Source of the DNA: Armatimonadota bacterium
GTDB taxonomy: Bacteria > Armatimonadota > HRBIN16
Reading direction: 5' to 3'
DNA: 64,000 bases
NCBI GenBank assembly: GCA_963677485.1
Contig: OY781964.1
Span: 4,288,001 to 4,352,000, forward strand
Below are positions 18,890-28,205 of this stretch, piece after piece. The position numbers and the translations under genes were made by a program. The stretch's first letter is position 1, and every line of letters starts with the position of its first letter. The notes beneath the pieces are model-generated. The model worked only from the letters and a program-made list of their open reading frames with translations. It did no database searches and was not told the origin of the DNA.

Positions 18890-19501
18890 TTACGGATAAA
18901 TGGTCATGAGGTGGCGTAACAATGGCTGAGCCGCGGCCAGTGTTTTGGCGCGGTGGCTGATGGTGTTCTTCACTTCCATGCTTAGCTCCGCCATGGTGCA
19001 GCTCATATCTGGCAGGTAGAAAATGGGGTCGAAGCCAAACCCGGAATATCCAACCGGCTGAGTGTGGATGCGGCCGTTGCAGGTGTCTCGGAAGGTGTAT
19101 TCCGCACCGTCTGGGCAGCAGATGGCTACGCAACTCATAAAGCGCGCACCGCGCATCTCTTCGGGCACGTCAGTCAACATTTCCAGCATCCTGCCGATTT
19201 TGTGAGGCCATGATGAGCCTTCGCCCTCAAACCGCTTGCTGAAGATGCCCGGCTCACCGTTTAAGTGGGCTACTTCCAGGCCGCTGTCGTCGGCGATGCA
19301 TACGCATCCGGTGTGCTCCACGGCCGCGTGGGCCTTGATCAGCGCGTTCTCCAGGTAGTCGCTGCCGGTCTCCTCTGGCTCGGGGTAGGGTGGAAAATCC
19401 GCAAGAGTGAGTATCTCCAAACCCTCAGCCACGAGTTGCGAGAGGATGGCGGTCATCTCCTGGCCTTTTTTTACATTATTCGTGGCCACTACCAGTTTCA
19501 T
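18890..19501 (-). CDS. rdgB: Non-canonical purine NTP pyrophosphatase (Ham1/RdgB)
   Basis: ATNNVKK, ENALIKA, ADDSGL, GFGFDPIF, KNTISHR. Directly downstream of rph. Confidence 0.95.
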   Translation of the reverse strand: MKLVVATNNVKKGQEMTAILSQLVAEGLEILTLADFPPYPEPEETGSDYLENALIKAHAAVEHTGCVCIADDSGLEVAHLNGEPGIFSKRFEGEGSSWPHKIGRMLEMLTDVPEEMRGARFMSCVAICCPDGAEYTFRDTCNGRIHTQPVGYSGFGFDPIFYLPDMSCTMAELSMEVKNTISHRAKTLAAAQPLLRHLMTIYP

Positions 19502-20233
19502 CTATGAGTTCAAAGCCTCTTTGAGTGCATTGTTTTGTGCTTCCACTATGTCCGCAATGCCGCCCTGAGCCAAATCCAGCAGGCTGTTCAGGCGTTCCCG
19601 AGAGAAGGGTAGACCTTCTGCGGTGCCTTGAACCTCTACGATCTTGTTCTTGGCGGTCATGATGACATTCATGTCTACCTGAGCGGTGCTGTCTTCATCA
19701 TAACAAAGGTCCAGCATGTCGGTGCCACCCACTATACCTACAGAGATCGCGGCCACTTGGTCGATCAGCACAGGATGCTTCAGCATCTTGCGCTTTTTCA
19801 TCACGCTGAGTGCCTGAGCGAGTGCGATGAACCCGCCGCTGATAGAGGCGGTTCGGGTGCCGCCGTCGGCTTGGATGACATCGCAGTCGATTGTGATGGT
19901 CCGTTCGCCAAGAAGGTCAAGGTTGACCACTGACCGTAAGCTTCGGCCAATCAGCCGCTGTATCTCCAGACTGCGCCCATTGGGGCTGTTACGGCTGCTG
20001 TCGCGCTGTGTGCGCTGACGGCAACTCCGGGGCAGCATGGAATATTCGGCTGTGACCCATCCGGTACCGGAGTTTCTCAGATGCGGTGGGACTCTCTCTT
20101 CGACGGATGCGGTGCAGATCACTTTCGTGTTGCCAAACTCAATCTGGCAGGAACCTTCTGCATACATCATGTTGCCGATGGTGATGGTAAGGGGGCGGAG
20201 AGAAGATGGGGATCGTCCGTCTATTCTAGGCAT
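19502..20233 (-). CDS. rph: Ribonuclease PH
   Basis: GWVTAEYSMLP, EIQRLIGRSLR, QADGGTRTAS, EVQGTAE. Confidence 0.97.
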   Translation of the reverse strand: MPRIDGRSPSSLRPLTITIGNMMYAEGSCQIEFGNTKVICTASVEERVPPHLRNSGTGWVTAEYSMLPRSCRQRTQRDSSRNSPNGRSLEIQRLIGRSLRSVVNLDLLGERTITIDCDVIQADGGTRTASISGGFIALAQALSVMKKRKMLKHPVLIDQVAAISVGIVGGTDMLDLCYDEDSTAQVDMNVIMTAKNKIVEVQGTAEGLPFSRERLNSLLDLAQGGIADIVEAQNNALKEALNS

Positions 20234-20251
20234 TCTGGTTAGTCTATCTCC

Positions 20252-20289
20252 AATAAAAAGCGCCGTCTGGTTTTGTTTCAGACGGCGCT
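20252..20289 (-). terminator. Intrinsic terminator between the ANTAR regulator and rph
   Basis: 11-bp stem AGCGCCGTCTG / CAGACGGCGCT (20259-20289) followed on the minus strand by a T-run. Confidence 0.7.
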
Positions 20290-20306
20290 GTAGTGCTCGT
20301 TCGGAA

Positions 20307-20891
20307 CTACATTAAGTCGGCTGCTGTGATGATACTGTCAGCGATCTCTTTCATCTTTTTATGCTGGCTGCGGGCCTGGAAGTGAATCTTCTTGAAAGCC
20401 TCTTCTTCGGTTAAGCCCAGACGCTGCATGAGGATGCCTTTGGCTCGCTCAATGACCTTCCGTGTTTCAAGGGCCTCTTTCAGCTCGTCTACTTCGCGCT
20501 GTCGAGCCTGCACCTCGTTATACCGCTTCATGGCTACTAGCAGGGCAGGGCCTAAATCGTCTGTGCGGAAAGGCTTCATGAGGTAGCCAAAAGCACCCAA
20601 TTCCGATGCTGCCGACACGAACTCTTCTTGATTATAGCCAGTTAAAAATACGATGGCACATGAGTGCTGCTGTACGATTTGCCGAGCGGCATCCAATCCA
20701 TCCATGACGGGCATTTGAATATCCATAATGATGAGTTCAGGGTGTTCTTTGAGAGCGATTTCGATTGCTTGTTCACCATCTGCGGCTTCGCCAACAACTT
20801 GGTGACCTAGTGACTGCAAGCGAGCTTTCAGCATCTCGCGGATAAGTTGGTCGTCATCAGCGATTAGAATTTTATATCCGGCCATTGTCAT
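20307..20891 (-). CDS. Response regulator with ANTAR RNA-binding domain (PdtaR/EutV-like)
   Basis: REC domain (IADDD, MDIQMP, YLMKP) plus ANTAR (ETRKVIERAKGILM...EEEAF). Confidence 0.93.
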   Translation of the reverse strand: MTMAGYKILIADDDQLIREMLKARLQSLGHQVVGEAADGEQAIEIALKEHPELIIMDIQMPVMDGLDAARQIVQQHSCAIVFLTGYNQEEFVSAASELGAFGYLMKPFRTDDLGPALLVAMKRYNEVQARQREVDELKEALETRKVIERAKGILMQRLGLTEEEAFKKIHFQARSQHKKMKEIADSIITAADLM

Positions 20892-21113
20892 TCCTTCTAT
20901 CTTGGAGTGAGTCTCTATATTGCGGCTCGATCTAGTTCAAATGGACACCTTACGAAACAATGTTACCATACCGCTAGTTCATTATCCAACACATTTTAGC
21001 ATAATTGGTAATTTCTTTCTGAAACAGGCGGTATGTAAATAACATTCACGGCATCAACGCTTGAATCACCACTTGTTGGGGACTATCACAAACTCGACGT
21101 CCCCTCATGATGA

Positions 21114-23837
21114 TCAATCATTATCATTCTGCGACTTCAATTCCGCCATGTGTCTGGCACTGCGCCAGACAACCTTATCGATTTCGACGATGGCCATACA
21201 AGCTAATGTAACGCCGATGATATATGACCAAGCACCAAAGGGTATGGATGCCGTGCTGAAGATATTCTGCATTACGGTCAGGTTGACAAACGCATACTGG
21301 AGCAGCAGCATTGTAATCACGCTGACATGAATCCACTTATTACTGAAGAACGGAATTTCAAAGATTGACTTGAACCGCGAGCGGGCGCAGAACAAGAACC
21401 CGATTTCAATGCCAACTACAGTGGTGGCTGCAATAGACTGCGACTGAGGGATGGAGAGGCCCTGGTGGCGATGGAAGTAGTCATACAGGGACAGTCCGCC
21501 AGCCAGCATCATCACCGAAACCATCAGGATGCGCAGCATCAGGTCCAAGGGAAGCAGTGGTTCGTTCGGCTTCTTGGGCGGCCGCAGCATCAGACCCCGC
21601 TCTTTGGGCTCAAAAGCCAGCGAGGTTCCCAGCACTACCGCTGTGATCAGGTTGATCCACAAAATCTGAGCCGGGGAGACGGCTGGCGATTGGCCGGTGA
21701 ATACCGAATATAGAATCAACAGCCCAAGCCCACCGTTCGTTGGCAGCGACCAACTGATGAACTTACGAAGGTTATCAAATACACCGCGCCCTTCCTCCAC
21801 AGCCGCTGCGATGGAGGCGAAGTTGTCATCCGCCAGTACCATATCCGAGGCGTCCTTGGCCGCTTCTGTGCCGGTGATGCCCATGGATATGCCGATGTCG
21901 GCCTTTTTCAACGCTGGTGCGTCATTCACACCATCACCGGTCATGGCCACAATCTCGCCTAAAGACTGCAGGGCATTTACCAAATTGAGCTTCTGCTCTG
22001 GTGCTACTCTTGCGAAGACGTGGGTCTTGCTTGCTACCGTAGGCAGGTAGTCGTCCGGGACGCTCTCCAGCTCCTTACCTGTCATGAGACGTATCTCGTT
22101 CTCATCGGCCAGGCCGCATTGGACGGCAATCGCTTTGGCCGTCAATGGATGATCACCGGTGATCATCTTGACCGTGATCCCAGCCTCACGACAGAGTTTG
22201 ACTGCGGAAATAGCCTCTTCACGTGGTGGGTCGATCATGCCGATCAGCCCGATGAAGATGAGTTGATCCAGTATCTCGTCACCCTCCAGATGCTGCAGGT
22301 GAGCGGCTGGCTTCAGGGCAACGGCAAGCACACGGATGCCCTTGTTGGCCATCCCGGCTGCCTGTTCGTTCCAGTAATCCTCGTCAAGCTCCTCCGTCTG
22401 CAGGTCCGCTGTGTATTGGTAACGACAGCGTGTCAGCAGGCGCTCGATGGAGCCTTTGACACAGATGTGTACCCCATCTGGAGTGTTGTTGAGGGTGGCC
22501 ATATACTGGCGTTCCGATTCAAACGGAATGGTGTCAAGGCGCGTATATTGGTCTTCCTGACCCTCAGCGGGCAGGTGCAGTTTGGCGGCCAGTGTCAACA
22601 GCGAACCTTCCGTTGGGTCTCCTTCGATGCACCAGCGGCCATCGGTCTGTACAAGCCGTGCATCATTGCACAAACCGGAGGCGATCACGCAATGTGAAGT
22701 CAGCTTGGGCAGTACATCCAACGTCTTACCATCAAGCGAAACATGCCCTTCTGGCGCATACCCTTTTCCCGTGACCGCGAAGTCACCATCCGAGGTGCAG
22801 ATGCGTACCACCGTCATGGCGTTTTGTGTGAGTGTGCCCGTTTTATCGGTGCAGATGACCGTCGTGCTACCCAGTGTTTCGACGGCCGGCAACTTGCGGA
22901 TGATGGCGTGACGGTTCGCCATATAGGTGACGCCGATCGCCAGAACTATTGTGACAGCCGCAGGCAGACCTTCCGGGATGGCGGCGACCGCCAAGGCGAC
23001 TGCGGCGATAAAGACCTTCGAAAAAGGCTGGCCATTCACGATGCCGAAAACGAAGGAGATCACCGCGAAGAAGCAGATAGTCCAAGTCAGGAAGATGCTC
23101 ACACCCGCCAGCTTTTGGGTGAGGGGGGTATCATGCTTTTTAGCCGTATCCACCATAGTGGATATCTTGCCAAGTTCAGTCGCAGCGGCGGTTTCTACCA
23201 CGATGCCGGATCCGGTGCCGTAGGTGATCAGCGTGCCACTGTAAGCCATATTACTGCGGTCTGCCAGCACCGCTCCAGAACCAAGTGAACCGGTGTTCTT
23301 TTCGGAGGGCACCGATTCGCCGGTCAGCATCGCCTCTTCTATCTTCAGATCGCGCAGCTTTACCAACCGGAGGTCGGCCGGCACACGGTCACCGCTCGCC
23401 AGCATCACCACATCACCACGTACAAGCAGTTTGGTGGGGATCTTCTGTGCCACACCATCACGCACTACCGTGCATTCTGCGCTGAGCAGTTTGCCTAAAG
23501 CCGCGATCGCATTGACGGCTTTGCGTTCTTGAATGAACCCGATCAATGCATTCAGAAGCACAACGGCCAGTATGACGCCAAACTCGGTGTAGTCTTTCAG
23601 TATAAAGGTGACGAAGGCACTACCGATCAGAACATACATCAACGGGTCGTTGAGTTGCTGCAGGAAGGCGATATATGCTGGTGTCTCTCGTTTCTTCTTT
23701 AGCTCGTTCGGTCCTTGATTTTTTAACCGGGTATCGGCGTCTAGTGCAGTAAGGCCAGTTTCACAGCTCGTATTCAAGCTCTTCTCCACGGCTTCTACGT
23801 CGCAGGCGTGCCACGGCTGGGCGTTTAGGTTCGGCAT
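21114..23837 (-). CDS. Cation-transporting P-type ATPase (type IIA-like)
   Basis: TGES, IPEGL, DKTGTLT, MITGD, TGDGVNDAPALK. SD AAGGAGA supports the start at 23837. Confidence 0.95.
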   Translation of the reverse strand: MPNLNAQPWHACDVEAVEKSLNTSCETGLTALDADTRLKNQGPNELKKKRETPAYIAFLQQLNDPLMYVLIGSAFVTFILKDYTEFGVILAVVLLNALIGFIQERKAVNAIAALGKLLSAECTVVRDGVAQKIPTKLLVRGDVVMLASGDRVPADLRLVKLRDLKIEEAMLTGESVPSEKNTGSLGSGAVLADRSNMAYSGTLITYGTGSGIVVETAAATELGKISTMVDTAKKHDTPLTQKLAGVSIFLTWTICFFAVISFVFGIVNGQPFSKVFIAAVALAVAAIPEGLPAAVTIVLAIGVTYMANRHAIIRKLPAVETLGSTTVICTDKTGTLTQNAMTVVRICTSDGDFAVTGKGYAPEGHVSLDGKTLDVLPKLTSHCVIASGLCNDARLVQTDGRWCIEGDPTEGSLLTLAAKLHLPAEGQEDQYTRLDTIPFESERQYMATLNNTPDGVHICVKGSIERLLTRCRYQYTADLQTEELDEDYWNEQAAGMANKGIRVLAVALKPAAHLQHLEGDEILDQLIFIGLIGMIDPPREEAISAVKLCREAGITVKMITGDHPLTAKAIAVQCGLADENEIRLMTGKELESVPDDYLPTVASKTHVFARVAPEQKLNLVNALQSLGEIVAMTGDGVNDAPALKKADIGISMGITGTEAAKDASDMVLADDNFASIAAAVEEGRGVFDNLRKFISWSLPTNGGLGLLILYSVFTGQSPAVSPAQILWINLITAVVLGTSLAFEPKERGLMLRPPKKPNEPLLPLDLMLRILMVSVMMLAGGLSLYDYFHRHQGLSIPQSQSIAATTVVGIEIGFLFCARSRFKSIFEIPFFSNKWIHVSVITMLLLQYAFVNLTVMQNIFSTASIPFGAWSYIIGVTLACMAIVEIDKVVWRSARHMAELKSQNDND

Positions 23838-23969
23838 GCTGTCTCCTTGAGAGGTGATAATACATACATTGTACAGGTGAAATGGGAACCCTATCATGGT
23901 GATATGGGGTAATATTGATAAGAAGACAAGTGCTAACGCTGAATGCAAGCACAATATAAGGAGATACAG

Positions 23970-24494
23970 ATGATCACGAAGAAAATGGGCGACGCCCTTA
24001 ATGAGCAGGTGAACAAGGAGTTTTACTCTGCTTACCTATATCTCGCGATGTCAGCTTGGTTCCACAACAAGGGTTTGGATGGTTTCGCAAACTGGATGCG
24101 GATTCAATTTCAAGAAGAGCAAGCGCATGCACTCCGTTTCTATGATTTCTTGATAGAGCGGGACTTTGAAGTGGAATTGCTTGCGATCGACCGACCAACC
24201 AACACATGGGAATCACCATTGGATGCCTTCAAGGCCGTTCTAGAGCATGAGCAGTACATCACCGGCCGAATCAACATGCTCTCAGACATCGCGATCGAGC
24301 AGAAGGACCACGCTACACGATCGATGCTGGTTTGGTTTGTCGACGAGCAGGTCGAAGAAGAGAAGAACGCCAATGATATCATCAACCAGTTGAAGCTGAT
24401 TGGTGACAACGGATATGGATTGTTGATGCTTGATAAAGAATTGGCATTACGGGTATTCGTCGCACCGACCTTCGGGCAGGGGCCAGCGGCCTAA
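23970..24494 (+). CDS. ftnA: Non-heme ferritin
   Basis: EFYSAYLY, EEQAHA, HEQYIT, WFVDEQVEEE. SD AAGGAG before ATG 23970. Confidence 0.93.
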   Translation: MITKKMGDALNEQVNKEFYSAYLYLAMSAWFHNKGLDGFANWMRIQFQEEQAHALRFYDFLIERDFEVELLAIDRPTNTWESPLDAFKAVLEHEQYITGRINMLSDIAIEQKDHATRSMLVWFVDEQVEEEKNANDIINQLKLIGDNGYGLLMLDKELALRVFVAPTFGQGPAA

Positions 24495-24508
24495 ATCTCT
24501 CCGGTCAT

Positions 24509-24539
24509 GAGTGTGCAGGGAGGATTTCTCTGCACACTC
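24509..24539 (+). terminator. Hairpin after ferritin
   Basis: GAGTGTGCAG / CTGCACACTC perfect 10-bp stem. Confidence 0.55.
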
Positions 24540-24609
24540 GTATTATAATAGCTATGAGCATCGATAATCATACTCTGCTCGGTATCATCACATAAGAGGA
24601 ATTAGAGAT

Positions 24610-26400
24610 ATGCCAGAAGTTAAGAACCGACTGATTAGGACGGTACCAAAGGTTGGTATCCGCCCGACGATAGATGGCCGATACGGCGGCCCGCGTGAAG
24701 CTCTGGAAAGCCAGTGCTTGCAGATGGCCCGCTTGGTTGCCGATTTCATACAGGCAGAGGTCCGTACCGCTGACGGGCAGCCTGCAGAGTGTGTGATTGC
24801 CGATAGCTGTATCGGCGGATTTGCAGAGGCGGCAGCCTGCGCCGAGAAGTTCGACCGCGCCGGCGTGGGTGTCTCGCTGACCGTGACGCCTTGCTGGTGT
24901 TATGGCTCAGAGACGATGGATTTGGACCCAATCCGCCCGAAAGCCATTTGGGGATTTAACGGAACCGAGCGTCCGGGTGCTGTCTACCTGGCGGCCGCTT
25001 TGGCCGCTCATTCGCAAAAGGGTATCCCTGCTTTCGGTATCTACGGCCGAGACGTGCAGGATGCCGGTGACACTACGATCCCTGCCGATGTGCAGCAGAA
25101 GATCCTCCGATTCATCAAGGCCGGTCTCGCAGTCGCTGAGATGCGTGGGAAGGCATATGTCAGCCTTGGAAGCGTCTCGATGGGCATCGCGGGCAGTGTT
25201 GTTAACCCCGACTTTTTCCAGGAGTATCTCGGTATCCGCTGCGAGTATGTGGATATGATTGAGCTTCTGCGCCGTATGGAGCGTGGTGTTTATGACCATG
25301 CGGAATATGATAAAGCGATGGCTTGGGTGAAGGCCAACTGCAAGCAGGGCGAGAACCGCAACAAACCCGAAAAGCAACGCAGCGCGGAGCAGCTTGAGGG
25401 CGACTGGCAGCGCAGCGTTCTGATGGCGATGATCGCACGCGATATCATGGTGGGTAACCCCAACCTGGCGATCGATGGATATTACGAAGAGGCGAGGGGA
25501 CGCAACGCCATCGCCGGTGGATTCCAGGGACAGCGTCAATGGACAGACCACATCACCAACGGTGACTTCATGGAAGCCATGCTCTGCAGCTCCTTTGACT
25601 GGAACGGCATCCGGCAGCCGTTTGTGATGGCGACCGAGAATGACAGCCTGAACGGTGTGGCGATGCTGCTTTGCCACCAGTTGACCGGCAAAGCCGCGAT
25701 GTTCAGCGATGTTCGGACCTTCTGGAGCCCCGATGCAGTGAAGCGGGTCACCGGCCATACTCTGGACGGTCATGCCGCGAATGGCATCATCCACCTCATC
25801 AACAGCGGTGCCAGCGCGCTGGACTGGAGCGGAGCTTCGGTGGCGAATGGCCAGCACTGTCTGAAGAACTGGTGGGAGATGACAGAATCCGACGTCAAGG
25901 CCTGCTTGGATGCCACCAAATGGTGTCCGGCTAACACCGAATACTTCCGAGGCGGCGGCTATTCCAGCAACTTTGAGTCCGCTGGCGGTATGCCTTGCAC
26001 GATGGTGCGTATGAATATGGTGAAGGGCCTCGGACCTGTGCTGCAAATCGCCGAGGGCTACACCGTGCAGCTTCCAGGCGAAGTAAACATGGTGCTGACC
26101 GAACGCACCGACCCGACCTGGCCTACCACCTGGTTTGCTCCAAGGGTGACCGGTGAGGGTGCCTTCAAGGACGCTTATAGCGTGATGAGCAACTGGGGAG
26201 CCAACCACGGAGCTATCAGCTACGGTCATATCGGAGCGGATCTGCTGACGATGGCCAGCATGCTGCGAATTCCAGTAGACATGCATAATGTGCCCGAGGC
26301 CGATGTGTATCGACCGTCAGCCTGGGCCCGCTTCGGAACCAGCGAGCTGGAGGGTGCAGACTACCGAGCCTGCGCCGCCTACGGCCCGTTGTATAAGTAG
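24610..26400 (+). CDS. fucI: L-fucose isomerase
   Basis: [44 protein letters not shown]. Confidence 0.97.
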   Translation: MPEVKNRLIRTVPKVGIRPTIDGRYGGPREALESQCLQMARLVADFIQAEVRTADGQPAECVIADSCIGGFAEAAACAEKFDRAGVGVSLTVTPCWCYGSETMDLDPIRPKAIWGFNGTERPGAVYLAAALAAHSQKGIPAFGIYGRDVQDAGDTTIPADVQQKILRFIKAGLAVAEMRGKAYVSLGSVSMGIAGSVVNPDFFQEYLGIRCEYVDMIELLRRMERGVYDHAEYDKAMAWVKANCKQGENRNKPEKQRSAEQLEGDWQRSVLMAMIARDIMVGNPNLAIDGYYEEARGRNAIAGGFQGQRQWTDHITNGDFMEAMLCSSFDWNGIRQPFVMATENDSLNGVAMLLCHQLTGKAAMFSDVRTFWSPDAVKRVTGHTLDGHAANGIIHLINSGASALDWSGASVANGQHCLKNWWEMTESDVKACLDATKWCPANTEYFRGGGYSSNFESAGGMPCTMVRMNMVKGLGPVLQIAEGYTVQLPGEVNMVLTERTDPTWPTTWFAPRVTGEGAFKDAYSVMSNWGANHGAISYGHIGADLLTMASMLRIPVDMHNVPEADVYRPSAWARFGTSELEGADYRACAAYGPLYK

Positions 26401-26411
26401 CGATTCATTAA

Positions 26412-26437
26412 GGGGGTAACCGCCATCAGTTACCCCC
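26412..26437 (+). terminator. Hairpin after fucI
   Basis: GGGGGTAAC / GTTACCCCC 9-bp stem. Confidence 0.55.
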
Positions 26438-26470
26438 GGCTATGCATCTAGGTCGACCACTTGGTTGGCT

Positions 26471-26626
26471 ATGTCCGGGGCGGTCTGTCAGTACGCTTGC
26501 GAGGGCCGCTGCTTATAGACCGCGCCGGTCTTGTTCACGACACCAAGCATACATGGCTAACCGCCAGACTAGCGCGGTCTCGAGCCTTCTGCAACCGTTA
26601 GCCTACGCACAGACCGCCCCGGACAT
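26471..26626. repeat. 156-bp element with nested inverted repeats (MITE- or REP-like)
   Basis: Perfect 18-bp terminal IR ATGTCCGGGGCGGTCTGT (26471-26488 / 26609-26626). Inner 15-bp IR (26517-26531 / 26566-26580) matches at 13 of 15. Confidence 0.7.
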
Positions 26627-26677
26627 TGGCAACTCTTGCAGGTTCATGGAAACCCACATCACACCATCCTTGCGATC

Positions 26678-27493
26678 TTATAACCTCTGGCAGACGGGGC
26701 AGATGTAGCTCGTGGTGCTGCCTGTTTTGATCTGCTCAATGGCATGGCCGCAGAGCGAGCAGCTTCCATTCTCTTTGTAGCCGACCAAAAAGTCGTCTAT
26801 TGTGAACTCGCCAGGGTTGCCATAGATGTCCTTCTCGTAGGAGAAGGCTCCTTTAGCTTCCGACCGCCTGAGCGTATCCAAAATGCTGTGATAGAGCTGT
26901 GTGAACTGCTGTTCGCTGATATCGGAGATCGTGGTTTGCGGGTGCAGTCGGGCTGTGAACAAGATGTCGTGCATGTACATATTGCCGATTCCGCTGATGT
27001 TCTTTTGATCCAACAAAAAGGGCTTGATCTGCGTCCGTTTGCCGGTGAATAGCCGTCTGAAATACTCGTAAGTAAATCCTTCGTCGAAAGGGTCTATCGC
27101 GATACTGCAGGTGTTAGCCTCCGTCGGCAAGGCATCATCCGACACGAGCAGAAACCGGCCAAACCACCAAAACCGGATGGTGAAGCATGTTCCGTCATCA
27201 AAATCCAGCTTGATCTGGTATTTCGCGTCTGTCGTGGATTCGTTCAGATAGAGCAGATCGCCACCCATCCCAAGCGAAAGCAGCATGTTCTCATGGTTCT
27301 CCAATTTGATGACGAACCATTTGCCTTTATTCTGAACACCAGCGATTTTCGTCCCGTGGCATCTCCTCTGGAACTCTTCGGGAGGGATGTTCAGGCACTT
27401 CTCCTGAAGCAGATGCAGGTGCTGAATCCGCTTGCCGGAGAGTTCGGCGTCCATCTGTCTGCGGAACTTGTGGATTTCGGGTAGTTCAGCCAT
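26678..27493 (-). CDS. Fpg/Nei family DNA glycosylase, divergent
   Basis: MAELPE N-terminus, KGK, LGMGG, H2TH LLDQKNISGIGNMY, zinc finger CSLC...CPVCQ. Confidence 0.88.
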   Translation of the reverse strand: MAELPEIHKFRRQMDAELSGKRIQHLHLLQEKCLNIPPEEFQRRCHGTKIAGVQNKGKWFVIKLENHENMLLSLGMGGDLLYLNESTTDAKYQIKLDFDDGTCFTIRFWWFGRFLLVSDDALPTEANTCSIAIDPFDEGFTYEYFRRLFTGKRTQIKPFLLDQKNISGIGNMYMHDILFTARLHPQTTISDISEQQFTQLYHSILDTLRRSEAKGAFSYEKDIYGNPGEFTIDDFLVGYKENGSCSLCGHAIEQIKTGSTTSYICPVCQRL

Positions 27494-27511
27494 CAACTTG
27501 CCTCCATGAGT

Positions 27512-28006
27512 TTAGGGCAGGAACCGAGCGGTCGCGATGGATTTACCGGTAGCCGTTCGGAAATTCATAACGATGTATTTCGCCAATTCGGGCTTGTTAT
27601 TTCGGATATCCATCCCTTCCACGTTGACCAGAAGGTCCGCATCCCATTGCACCTGGAAATCGCGCCCATCGATGTAGGCCGGGGAATGGTGGTGCCGGAC
27701 GATGTAGCAGACGCGTGCTATGAAGCTTTCTTCATACCCCAGGTCGGTCAGTATCTGTCGGGCGATAATCGGCCCCTCGATCTCTTGGTACTGGGCCTCA
27801 GAGGATCCGTGCTTCCGCTTCGCTTCCAGCACACCGATGTCATGCAGGATCACGGTGGTTGTGATCAACTCCCTCTCATAACCCTGGATACCTTCGCCAT
27901 CCATAATCGCCTCTGCATCTTTGAGCACGGCAAGGGTGTGCTCGATTCCATACGGTGCATCTCGAAACAGTTCCTTCATGGCGGCGATCACTTGATCATG
28001 TGGCAT
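27512..28006 (-). CDS. HD-domain protein
   Basis: H...LHDIG...HHH...DAD. SD AGGAG supports the start at 28006. Confidence 0.88.
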   Translation of the reverse strand: MPHDQVIAAMKELFRDAPYGIEHTLAVLKDAEAIMDGEGIQGYERELITTTVILHDIGVLEAKRKHGSSEAQYQEIEGPIIARQILTDLGYEESFIARVCYIVRHHHSPAYIDGRDFQVQWDADLLVNVEGMDIRNNKPELAKYIVMNFRTATGKSIATARFLP

Positions 28007-28110
28007 TGGGTCTCTCCTGAGTGGTGATTGTTCTTCCATAGTATACGCCGGGTTTGGACTGTTGTAAAACAGGCTCCAGGGCTCGTCACATGGGACAGAC
28101 GGCCCCGTGC

Positions 28111-28139
28111 TTGACGTGATGGCGGCATAAGCTTAAAAT
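28111..28139 (+). promoter_or_regulatory. Sigma70-type promoter for icd
   Basis: TTGACG (28111-28116), 17 bp spacer, TAAAAT (28134-28139). Confidence 0.65.
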
Positions 28140-28205
28140 AGAGGTGATGGCATAATGGGCGTATTACCTCCATTGTGAACCATTATATAAATGGAGGATT
28201 ACACC

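Noticed and set aside
23838-23969. Fur box between the divergent P-type ATPase and ferritin genes
   Set aside because: AT-rich with GATAAT/ATTGATAA fragments, but no convincing 19-bp palindrome.
24907-26286. 459-aa antisense ORF inside fucI
   Set aside because: Fully shadows a highly conserved gene, has no motifs, and is explained by codon bias that reduces antisense stops.
28141-28170. GGTGATGG resembling the start of a fluoride riboswitch
   Set aside because: The following pairing segment and downstream conserved motif are absent, and the gene context (icd) does not fit.
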